Assembly (NCBI GenBank): GCA_963666115.2
Contig: CAXXET010000004.1
Span: 32,001-96,000, forward strand
Length of the DNA stretch: 64,000 bases
DNA from: Dehalococcoidia bacterium
GTDB lineage: Bacteria > Chloroflexota > Dehalococcoidia > UBA6926
Direction of reading: 5' to 3'
Shown: positions 28,101 to 36,700 of the stretch, piece after piece
Numbering within the stretch: position 1 is the stretch's first letter
How the letters are laid out: every line of letters starts with the position of its first letter
Position numbers and translations under genes: made by a program
The notes under the pieces: generated by a model
What the model saw: only the letters and a program-made list of their open reading frames with translations
What the model was told of the DNA's origin: nothing
The model's database searches: none

Positions 28101-30575
28101 GCCAACGTTTGTTCCCGCCGCCGAGTTCTCCGCGACCGACCGCGTCACCGCATTCGAGTTGGTAGAGCCCGACCCGGTGTCCGACCACCCGCTCGTTCCC
28201 TCCGCGCTCGTGGCGCGCACCTGCGCGTCGTAGAGCTTGCCGACGGTCAGGCCCGTGATTGTCGTCGTCGTGCCCGCGCCGGTGAAGGACGCGTCCGTCC
28301 AGTCCGTCGTGCCGGACAGCCGGTACTGCACGTCATAGTCGGTGATGTCCGGCCCCGTATTGGTCGGCGCTGTCCATGTAATATCCAGCTTGGTCGTCGG
28401 CGTTGTGGTGTTGGCCGCTACCGTGGGCGCGGACGGCGCGGACGGAACCTCCGTTGTGTCCGTCACGTTGATCGTGACCGCGATGGTGTCGTCGATGGCC
28501 GTGTTCGCCGTGCCGTTAGCGGCCTTCTTGTCGGTGACGTTCACCGTGACGCTGTAGGAGGTCTGGGCCTCATAGTTGGGGACGTTGCCCGTCTTGACGC
28601 TTATCTGGCCGGTGGTTGAGCTGATGGCCAACTTGCTCGCGTCCGTTCCCGTCAGCGAGTAGGTGAGCGTGTCTTCCTCCGGGTCAGCCCCGGCGGCCAC
28701 CGCCGCGCCGATGTTGGTTCCGGCCGCGGAGTTCTCCGCGATGGAGCGGGTGGCGGTGTCGTCGGCGAACACGGGGCCCTCGTTGATGTTCGTCACGTTG
28801 ATCGTGACCGGGATGATATAGCTGCCCGCCGCGTTGGGACTGAGGCCGCTGTTGCCCGTCCCCGTCGAGCTGCCCCCGGACGCCGCCATCGTCACGGTGA
28901 CACTGTACGATGACTTGCTTTCGAAATCCGGGATGTTGCCGGCCTTGACCTGGATCTGGCCGTTGGAGGAACCGATGGTGAACGTGCTCGCGTCAGTTCC
29001 GCCCAGGGAGTAGGCCAGCGTGTAGCTGTTGGGGTTGGAATCGGCGTCCACCGCCGCGCCGATGTTGGTATTCGCCGCCGAGTTCTCGGCGATGCTGCGG
29101 GTCTGCGTCGTGTATTGGGTGATGGCCGTGCCGGAGGACGACCAGGCGCCGGTGCCTTCGGTGTCGGTGCCCCGCACCTGCACCTCGTAGCTCTTGCCGG
29201 CCGTCAGGCCGCTAATCTCCGTGCTGGTTCCCGTCCCGCTGAAGCTGTGGTTCGTCCAACTGCCGGCCCCGGTCTGCCGGTACTGAACGTCGTAGTCCGA
29301 GACGCCATCGGGATGGGAGGGCGTCGCCGCCGTCCACGACACGTCCAGCTTGGTCGTCGGCGAGGTGGCGTCCCTGGACACCGTGGGCGCGGTCGCCGTC
29401 GGCCCAGTGAGGTTGTTGATGCTGATCCTTACCTTGCGGTGGGACTTGTAGGTGGTGCCGCTGTCCACCACGTCGTAATTGACCCTGCCGAGGTAGGTAG
29501 TCTCGGTCTCGTAGTCCAGGGTCGCGCCGGACTTCACCTCGATCAGGCCGGTGCTGCTGCTGATGGTGAATGCTTCGGTGGCGTCCCCGTAAGAGCCGGC
29601 GTCCGCTTGAAACGTCCAGTTGCTGGCGCCGGAGTTGTACACCCCCACCTTGCCCACGTCGGCGCCGGCGGCGGAATTCTCGTTGATTGACATGGATGAC
29701 CCGGAGGTGGTGCAGGTCATTTTGAACTTCCACGTGAAGTCCGCGTAGAGGCCGCCAGGATCCGTCGCTCTGGTCCTGATCGTCACCCACGTGTCGGCGG
29801 GATGGTTCGCGCGAATCCTGACGGGGGTGTCCTGTGTGATGGCCACCAGCCCGGGATGCGAACTAGTCGAAACGATGGTCAGCGTGTCGCCGTCCGGGTC
29901 TGAGAAATAGCTGTTCTCGCCGGTGGGGTACGACACCCCGTGGTTTTTGTAGCACTCGTTGTCTCCGTCATCTACCCGATGGTGGGTATCGTGGGTGCTG
30001 GCGATCACCTGGGGCGCCTGGTTGGACTGGCCGCTCGCGCCATCCTCCGCTTGCCCCTGCGCCTGTGCCTCCTGCGCCAGGGGAACCTTCAACTCCGGCT
30101 TGACCGGCTCTGCCGTCGCCGTCGGCTCAGGCGTGAACGGCCCTGCGGGCGAGGAGTTCGTCCACCCGCCCCACCCCGCGTCGTTCCCCGCGCGCGCGGC
30201 AACAATATAGGATTTCGCGTTATCGACGCCGCCGATGGTGATGGTCGAGGCATTGTGCTCATACGCGGCGAGGCTCCAGCTAACCGCCTCGTCCGAGCTG
30301 TACGTCACGTGATAGCGAGTCGCCCCCTCAACGGGAGTCCAACTGGCCGTCAGCGAGCCGTCCGCGCGCACAACCTTAACAGAAGAAACCGCCCCCGGAG
30401 GAGCGGTTTCGAGGCCGCCGCCGCTCGCCGACGCAGGCACGGGCAAGGCCAGCACGGGAAAAACAACGGCAAAAGCCAAAAACACAGAGAATGCCCGCTG
30501 CACCCATGTCATCCTCGGCGCGCCCCATGTCATTCTGAGCGCAGCGAAGAATCCTCCCGTCGGCATTCCGCCCAC
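22122..30575 (-). CDS. Giant surface protein A: signal peptide, ~13 cadherin-like and ~9 FN3 domains, Pro/Thr-rich linker, Ig-like domain, C-terminal TM anchor
   Basis: Repeats ENS..G.NVGA.V.A.D....L.Y.LTGTDA..F.I...TGQI.V......DYE..SYSVTV and DVNEPP; FN3 repeats SW.AP...DYDVQY...YDVQV.A.N.EG...WS. The true start may be ATG 30512, because the annotated N-terminus runs through a REP. Confidence 0.93.
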   Translation of the reverse strand: MGGMPTGGFFAALRMTWGAPRMTWVQRAFSVFLAFAVVFPVLALPVPASASGGGLETAPPGAVSSVKVVRADGSLTASWTPVEGATRYHVTYSSDEAVSWSLAAYEHNASTITIGGVDNAKSYIVAARAGNDAGWGGWTNSSPAGPFTPEPTATAEPVKPELKVPLAQEAQAQGQAEDGASGQSNQAPQVIASTHDTHHRVDDGDNECYKNHGVSYPTGENSYFSDPDGDTLTIVSTSSHPGLVAITQDTPVRIRANHPADTWVTIRTRATDPGGLYADFTWKFKMTCTTSGSSMSINENSAAGADVGKVGVYNSGASNWTFQADAGSYGDATEAFTISSSTGLIEVKSGATLDYETETTYLGRVNYDVVDSGTTYKSHRKVRISINNLTGPTATAPTVSRDATSPTTKLDVSWTAATPSHPDGVSDYDVQYRQTGAGSWTNHSFSGTGTSTEISGLTAGKSYEVQVRGTDTEGTGAWSSSGTAITQYTTQTRSIAENSAANTNIGAAVDADSNPNSYTLAYSLGGTDASTFTIGSSNGQIQVKAGNIPDFESKSSYSVTVTMAASGGSSTGTGNSGLSPNAAGSYIIPVTINVTNINEGPVFADDTATRSIAENSAAGTNIGAAVAAGADPEEDTLTYSLTGTDASKLAISSTTGQISVKTGNVPNYEAQTSYSVTVNVTDKKAANGTANTAIDDTIAVTINVTDTTEVPSAPSAPTVAANTTTPTTKLDITWTAPTNTGPDITDYDVQYRLSGTTDWTDASFTGAGTTTTITGLTVGKLYDAQVRATSAEGTSGWSDTGSGSTNSNAVTRSVAENSAAGTNVGAAVTTSANTNGYTLTHSLSGTDASKFSIASSSGQITVKTGTSLDYETKSSYSVVVTVTAAQAGANAQSFTLDPNAPGDYNVAVTINVTDVNEAPEFSGATATRSIKENLASGQNVGAVVTASDQDGDTVYYTLTGTDASKFNIGSTTGQITVASGAILDYETDSSLSVTVNASDKKAADGTADTVIDDTIAVTINLTDEEYLPAMVTGVSVAQKTTQPYDTLIISWDEPNDNSVSSNATRDPDYRDVAKFWIIYMKASETNWTTAPYKYIDAVSNNQPVTSLEISGLDRNTEYQFRMKAEDDVNQGSPEWSAIVKGSTVDNLDPTFSDDTATRSVAENSAAGTNVGTAVTATDPYPTTDTLYYTLTGTDASKFAVGSNTGQITVTSGTSLDYETKTSYSVTLNVSDKKASDGTADTVIDDTIAVTINVTNVNEGPEFSAATATRGIAENSAANATVGAVVTAGADPEGDTVYYTLTGTDASKFGIGSSTGQITVASGTSLDYETTTSYSVTVNVTDKKAADGTANTAIDDTIAVTINVTNVNEKAQFSAATATRSVAENSAAGSSIGAAVVAGADPEGDALTYSLTGTDASKFNIGATTGQITVKTGNIPNYEAKTSYSVTVNVTDKKAADGTANTVIDDTIAVTINVTDVNEPPAAPAAPTVSTNSTTPTTKIDVSWTLPSMTGKPALSDYDVRYRQVGASTWSSHTFTGTGTSTSIGSLTAGKTYEVQVQATNNEGDSAWSASGTAVTTAGGMSRSVAENSAANTNIGSPVTATSNPNNYTFSHALGGTDAGKFTITGGTGQIKVKSGTSLDYETKTSYRVTVTVTAAVAQAQSENLAPNAPGSYVIPVTINVTNVNEGAEFSAATATRSIAENSAASTNVGAVVTAGADPESDTLYYSLTGTDAGKFTIGSTTGQITVKTGNIPDYEAATSHSVTVNVTDKKAGDGTANTAIDDTISVTINVTDADEPPAAPSAPSVWQYSATPKTQLDVSWTAPDMSGKPAISDYDVQYKKSSDNTWTSHTFASTATTTRLTGLDEGTSYDVQVKAKNDEGASGWSTSGSATTQDPNVNATFPSATTTRSIAENSAANTAIGAAVTATDTENNTLTYSLTGVDVASFSLNTSTGQIKVKAALDYEAKSSYSVSVGVSDGKDSDDNDDTTVDDTIAVTISVTDVAEPPAAPDGPTVVQNTTTPKTQLDVSWAAPDMTGKPAISDYDVRYKKSSDSTWTSHTFTGTGTSTTITGLDEGTSYDVQIMATNDEGDSAWSTSGMATTQDKNVNPQFKYNSLSVTREIAENSAAGANVDEVVCATDTEDDALTYSLTGTDAGKFTVVASTGQIQVGAGTTLDYESKTSYTVTVQVSDGKDSYGAPDSEIDDTIAVTISVTDAAEPPPAPDAPTVDRNAANPKTQFDVNWTAPDVTGKPAITDYDVQYKKSSDSTWTSHSFTGTGTSTTLTGLSPGTSYDVQARAVNDEGDGAWSGSGTASTEDLNTPPAFTDVGFFGATRQIAENSAAGANVGAPVSATDTEGDTLTYTMIGTDADKFEIDSSTGQITVGDDTSLNHESTTNYTVTVQVSDLKDEWDNADTVIDASAFVNITVTDVDEPLDAPGGLKAKSATTSTITVTWTAPATTGKPPVKEYWVRFWEKGTDFVTAWAGSATEVVMDEAPTSSNPSAPLKPGTAYEVEVMADNGEGYGEWSDVVTVYTKRNVSSRNPTPRPTATATPAPTPPATPVPTATPAPPSTPVPTPAPAPSTPVPTPAPATPTPAAPTPTTTATPTPSSSTSPAAPTASPTPPPAARPASSSGGPAGTSNWNQEDEDTGEGSGAADVTTEEDEDDVVEEPPVNAPPTIVTPADKEFLQGQTIESFAITVTDPNPEDTVTVWLVGLPAWLTYGVGAVSGTVYDDAAPGTYRVTITASDEVNDPVTAEFAIVVNETPELAEVGLIEGGVSTLINWLPVVGAIILVLAAILRRLMRKGNGVEDIIESSTG

Positions 30576-30739
30576 AACGATCCCCTGGATTACTTGCGAT
30601 CATCAACACCTGATGAACTACAAATAATACATCCAGCATATCGTTGTCAAGCGCAACTATTGATCCTTCGCTGCGCTCAGGATGACAGGCTATGTCATTC
30701 TGAGCGCGCCCTATGTCATTCTGAGCGCAGCGAAGAATC
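30503..30739. repeat. Cluster of GTCATT-type REP-like elements (REPIN-like inverted pair plus truncated tandem copies)
   Basis: Full copies at 30528-30553 (+), 30662-30687 (-) and 30714-30739 (+); partial copies 21 bp before the 30528 and 30714 copies. Confidence 0.88.
30624..30650 (-). promoter_or_regulatory. Putative promoter of giant protein A
   Basis: Minus strand TTGACA (30650-30645)..TG-TATTAT (30629-30624). The 15-bp spacer is short. Shares TTGACAAC-ATATG with the promoter of paralogue B. Confidence 0.45.
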
Positions 30740-30744
30740 TTCCC

Positions 30745-33700
30745 TTATAGTGTCGTTCCCTCTATGGCCTCCTCCACCGCGTTGCCCTTCCGCATCAGCC
30801 GCCGCAGAATCGCCGCAAGAACCAGGATGATCGCGCCCACCACCGGCAGCCAGTTGATGAGCGTGGACACGCCGCCCTCGATGAGTCCAACCTCCGCCAG
30901 TTCCGGCGTCTCCACCACCACAACGGCAAACTCCGCCGCCACGGGGAAGTTCACCTCGTCCGACGCGGTTATCGAGACGCGGTACGTGCCCGTCGAGGCA
31001 TCCTCCTGCACCGTGCCGCTCACCATGCCGTCCTCATAGGCCAGCCACGCGGGCAGCCCCACCAGCGACACCGTCACCGTGTCCTCCGGGTTCGGATCGG
31101 TCACCGTAATCGCGAACGGCTCGATGGCCTCTCCCTGCAGGTACTCCTTGTCCCCCGGCGTGACGATGGTCGGCGGCGTATTGACCGGCGGCTCAATCTC
31201 CTCGTCCTGTTCGGCATCCTCTTCGGCTGGCGCGCTCGCTGCCGGCGCGGGTGTGGGCGTCGGCGTGGGCGGACGCGAAGCCGAGCTGGGCCCGGGCCCG
31301 CCGCCGGACACAATGGGTGGCGGCGTGGCTGCCGGCGTCGCCTGTGGCGCAGGTGTTGGCGTCGGGGTAGTCGGCACAGGCGTGCTTGTCGGAATCGGAG
31401 CAGCCGGCGCAGGCGTGGCTGCCGGAACCGGAGTCGACGTTGGCGGTGCAGGCGCAGGTGTCGGAACAGGCGTAGCGGGCGTTGGCGCGGGAGTGGCCGT
31501 CGACGTCGGGCTGGGCGTCGGCGTCGCGGCGGCCTTGGTATACAGCGTTGCCAGCGCCGACCACGCGCCGTAGCCCTCGCCGTTGTCCGCCATCACCTCC
31601 ACCTCATAGGCCGTGCCCGGCTTCAGGCGCGAGTTCGGGCTGATGTCGTCGTGAACCTGGTCCAGCAGCGCCTCGTTGGTGGTGATCGTCCAGGCGCTGA
31701 GGGTGTCGAGCCCCTTCTCCCAGAGCCGCACCCAGTACTCCTTGACCGGCGGCTTGCCGGTGGTGTCAGGGGCCGTCCAGGTGGCCGTGATGCTGTTCGT
31801 GGTGGCCGACTTGGTCGTGGGCGCCCCGGGAGCGCCCAGCGGCTCATTCACGTCCGTCACCGTGATCGTCACGGTGCTTGTCGCGTCGACGCTGTCATCC
31901 GGGTCGTCGTTGATGTCCTTGCCGTCGCTCACCTGGACTGTGACCTCGTAATCTGTCTTGCTCTCGTAATCGAGCGTCGTGTCGGCGCCAACCGTGATCT
32001 GGCCTGTCGACGAGTCGATTGCGAACTTGTCCTCGTCCGTTCCGGTCAGAGAATACGTGAGCGTGTTGTTCTCGGTATCGGTTGCCGTCACGGGCGCGCC
32101 CACGTTCGTGCCTGCCGCCGAGTTCTCCGCGATGGACCGATCAACAGTGGGCGCCCCAAACTGCGCGTTCTCGTTCTTGTCCTCCGTCCTGGCGGAGGCG
32201 CTGTCCGACCATGCGCTGCTCCCCTCGTCGTTCACCGCCTGCACCTGGACCGTATACCTGGTTCCCTCGTCCAGGCCGGTAAGCGTCGTGCTCGTGCCTG
32301 TTCCGCTAAAGGTGTGCGATGTCCACGTCAAGTCGATGCTCTTCTTGTACTGGACGTCATAATCCGTGAGCACGGGCTTGCCCGTTACGTCCGGCGCAGT
32401 CCAGCTCACATCCAGTTGGGTCTTCGGAGTCGTCGCGTTCTGCGCGACCGTTGGCGCGGCTGGCTTGGCGGGCGGCTCCGCAGCGTCCGTCACGTTGATC
32501 GTCACCGCGATGGTGTCGTCCACCACCGTGTCCGCGTTCCCGTCCGAGTCCTTCCCGTCGCTCACGCCGACAGTCACGCTGTACGACGTCTTGGCCTCAT
32601 AATCCAGCGCCGCCGAAACCGTGATCTGCCCCGTGCTTGTATCCAGCGAGAAGCTGGCTGCGTCGGTTCCCGTCAGGCTGTACGCCAGCGTGTCGCCCTC
32701 CGTGTCCGTTGCCGTCACGGGCGCGCCGATAGTTGCGCCTGCCACCGAGTTCTCCGCGATGCTGCGCGTCGCCGTGCTGTCTGCGAACGCGGGGTTCACG
32801 TTCGCGTCCTGCGTCGTTGCGGAGCCGCTGTCCGACCACTCGCTGTTCCCCTCGTCGTTCTTCGCCTTCACCTGCGCGTCGTATGACGTTCCCGCATCCA
32901 GGCCGGTGATCGTCGTGCTCGTGCCGGTCCCCGTGAAGCTGTGCGATGTCCACGAAGAATCGGTGCTCTTCTTGTACTGCACGTCGTAATCGCTGATTGC
33001 GGGCTTGCCCGTCATGTCCGGCGCAGTCCAACTCACGTCCAGCTTGGTCTTCGGAGTCGTCGTGTTCTGCGCCGCCGTCGGCGCGGCCGGCTTGGCGGGC
33101 GGCTCATTCACGTCCGTCACGTTGATTGTCACCGTGATGGTGTCGTCGATCTTGGTGTCCGCGTTGTCGTCGCTGTCCTTCCGGTCGCTTACCTCTACGG
33201 TGACGCTGTAGGAGGTCTTGGCCTCGTAGTTGGGCACGCTGCCCGATTTCACGGTTATCTGGCCGGTGTTCAGTCCGACGTTGAACGTGCCGCCGTCGGC
33301 GCCGGACAGGCTGTAGTACAGCGTGTTGCCCTCGGTATCGGAGGCGGTGATTGCCGTGCCCACGTTGCTGCCCGCCGTCGAGTTCTCGGCGATGCTGCGG
33401 GTTGCCGTATCGGCCGGGAACTGCGCGTGAACGTTCGCGTCCTGCGTATTCGTGGAGCCGCTGTCAGACCACCCGCTGTTCCCCTCGTCGTTCTTCGCCT
33501 TCACCTGCACGTCGTATGACGTTCCCTCGTCAAGCCCTGTCAACCGCGTGGTGGTCCCCGCCCCGGTGAAGCTGTGTGACGTCCATGAGTTGTCGCTCGT
33601 CTTCTTGTACTGCACGTCATAGTCACTGATCGCCGGTTTGCCCGTCATGTCCGGCGCAGTCCAGCTTACGTTCAGTTCCGTCTTCGGCGTGGCCGAGTGC

Positions 33701-36700
33701 TGCCAGACCGAGGGCGCGGCAGGTTTGGCCGGCGGCTCGTTCACGTCCGTCACGTTGATCGTCACCGTCGCCGTGTCGTCAACCGACGTGTCATTGCCCT
33801 CCTGGTCGTTCTTGCCGTCCGAGACGTCCACCTCGACCGTGTATGAACTCTTGGCTTCATAATCCAGGCTCGTGCCGCTCTTGACCGTGATCTGGCCCGT
33901 TGAACTATCGATCTCGAACTTGTCCTTGTCCGTTCCGTCCAGCGAATACGTCAGCGTATCGCCGTCCGCGTCCGTCCCCGTCACCACCGCCCCGACGTTC
34001 GTATCCGCAACGGAATTCTCCGCCACGCTCCGGCTGGCTGTCGCGCTAATCACCGGCGCAGCATTCGCCTGCGTCGACCTCGTGCCGCTCGCCGACCATG
34101 CGCTGTCGCCCTCGTCGTTCGTCGCCATGATCTGCACGTCATACGACGTTCCCGCCGTTAGCCCCGTAAGCGTGGTGGACGTTCCGGTTCCCGTGAAGCT
34201 GTGGTCTGTCCACGAGTTATCGCTCGTCTTCTTGTACTGCACGTCATAGTCCGTGAGAGCGGGCTTGCCCGTCATCGTGGGCGCAGTCCAGCTCACGTCC
34301 AGCTTGTACTTCGGCGACGTGGAATGCGCGCTCAGCGTCGGCGCGGCAGGCGCGGCAGGCACCTCGGCAACGTCCGTCACGTTGATCGTCACCGGAATCA
34401 CGTAGCTCCCCGGCGCGTTCGGCGTAAGGTTCTCGGACTGCGCCTGAACCTGCGCCACCGCCGCCGTCACTGTGACCGTCACGCTGTAGCTTGTCTTGCT
34501 CTCATAATCCAGGCTCGTCCCGCTCTTGACCTTAATCTGGCCGCTGGACGACTCAATCGTGAACTTGCCCGCGTCCGTCCCGCTCAGCGCGTGCGTGAAA
34601 TCGTAATTGTTCGGGTTGGAGGTAGCGGTGACGGCAGAGCCGACGTTCGCTCCCGCAGCCGAGTTCTCCGTTACGCTGCGGCTCATGCCGCCCGCCGTCG
34701 TGACCGCCGTCCCCGACGCCGACCACCCGCTGTCACCCTCGTCGTTCGTCGCCTGCACCTGCACTTCATACGTCTTGCCCGCCGTCAGGCTGCCGATGCT
34801 CGTTGACGTGCCCGTTCCCGTGAACGTGTGCGAAATCCACGATGCGTCTCCAACCTTCCGGTACTTCACGTCGTAATCGCTGAGCGCAGGCTTGCCCGTC
34901 ATGCTAGGCGCAGTCCATGACACGTCGATCTTGCTTGTCGGTGTTGTCGAATTCGCGCTCACCGTCGGCGCGGCGGGCGCGGCAGGCGGCTCGTTCACGT
35001 CCGTCACGTTGATCGTCACCGCAATCGTGTCATCGATTGCGGTGTTGGCCGTGCCGTCCGACGCCTTCTTGTCGGTCACGTTCACCGTCACGCTGTACGA
35101 GGTCTTCGCCTCATAATTGGGGACGTTGCCCGTCTTGACTGTGATCTGCCCCATCGTCGACCCAATGTTGAACTTGGAGGCGTCCGTTCCCGTCAGCGAA
35201 TACGTCAGTGTGTCGCCCTCCGGGTCCGCCCCCGCAGCAACCGCCGCGCCGATGCTGCTCCCCGCCGTCGTGTTCTCGGCGACGCTGCGCGTGGCCGTCG
35301 CCGCGCTGAACTGCGCCTTTTCATTCACGTTGGTCACGTTGATGGTGACCGCGATCGTGTCATCAATCGCCGTATCCGCCGTGTCGTCCGCTGCTTTCTT
35401 GTCCGAGACGTTCACCGTCACCGAATACGATGTCGTGGTCTCATAGTCGAGCGTCGTGCCGCTCGCCACGGTGATCTGCCCCGTGCTTGAGCCGATGTCG
35501 AACTTGCTCGCGTCCGTTCCGGTCAGCGTGTACTCAACCGTGTCGCCCTCAGGATCGGCCCCGGCGGCGACCGCCGCGCCCACGTTGCTGTTCGCCGCCG
35601 AGTTCTCAGCGATGCTCCGCGTCGCCGTCGCCGCGCTGAACTCCGGCCCCTCGTTCACGTCCGTCACGTTAATCGTCACCGCGATTGTGTCGTCGATCAC
35701 CGTGTCCGCGGTGCCGTCCGATGCCTTCTTGTCGCTCACGTTCACCGTCACGCTGTACGAAGTCTTCGTCTCGTAGTCCGGGATATTCCCCGTCTTGACC
35801 GTGATCTGCCCCGTCGTTGACCCAATGTTGAACTTCGAGGCATCCGTTCCCGTCAGCGTGTAGTACAGCGTGTCCGTTGTCGGGTACGGATCGGTCGCCG
35901 TCACCGCCGTTCCCACGTTCGTTCCCGCCGCCGAGTTCTCCGCGACGCTCCGCGTCGCCGTGTCGTCGGAGAACGTGGGATCCAGGTTGTCAACGGTCGA
36001 GCCCTTGACCACGTTTGACCAATCAGGGCCATAGTTCGTGAATTCGTCCTGGGCCTTCATACGGAACTGGTACTTGGTATTCCGGTCGAGGCCGGAGACC
36101 TCATAGCTCGTAACGGGATTGTCGCTCCCGTCCACGGCATCGACGAACTTGAAGCTCGAATCGTTCGTCCAGTCGGTGTCGGTATCCTTCATCCAGGCGA
36201 TGAAGAACTTATCGACGTCGTCGTAGTCCGGGTCCGCTGTCTTCCCGCTCGATACGCTTCTGTCGAGCGGCTCGTTCCACGAGATGATGAGCGTGTCGTA
36301 GGGGCGGGAGGTCTTGGGCGAGACGCTGACGCCCGTCACCTTCGCTGGCTTGTACTGCTCGTTGGTCACGTTGATGGTCACCGCGATGGTGTCGTCGATA
36401 ACCGTGTCTGCCGCGCCGTCCGCGTCCTTCCTGTCGCTCACGTTCACGGTCACGCTGTAGCTGCTCTTCGTCTCATAGTCCAGCGACGTTCCGCTGGCCA
36501 CCGTGATCTGACCCGTCGTGGAGCCAACGCTGAAGCTGCTTGCGTCCGTCCCCGTCAGCGTGTAGTACAGCGTGTCATTGTCGTCATCGCTCGCCGTGAT
36601 CACCGCGCCCACGTTCGTCCCCGACGCCGAGTTCTCCTTCACACTGCGTGTGGCCGACGAGCCGGAAAACTCCGGCGCGTCGTTCTTGTCCGTCACGTTG

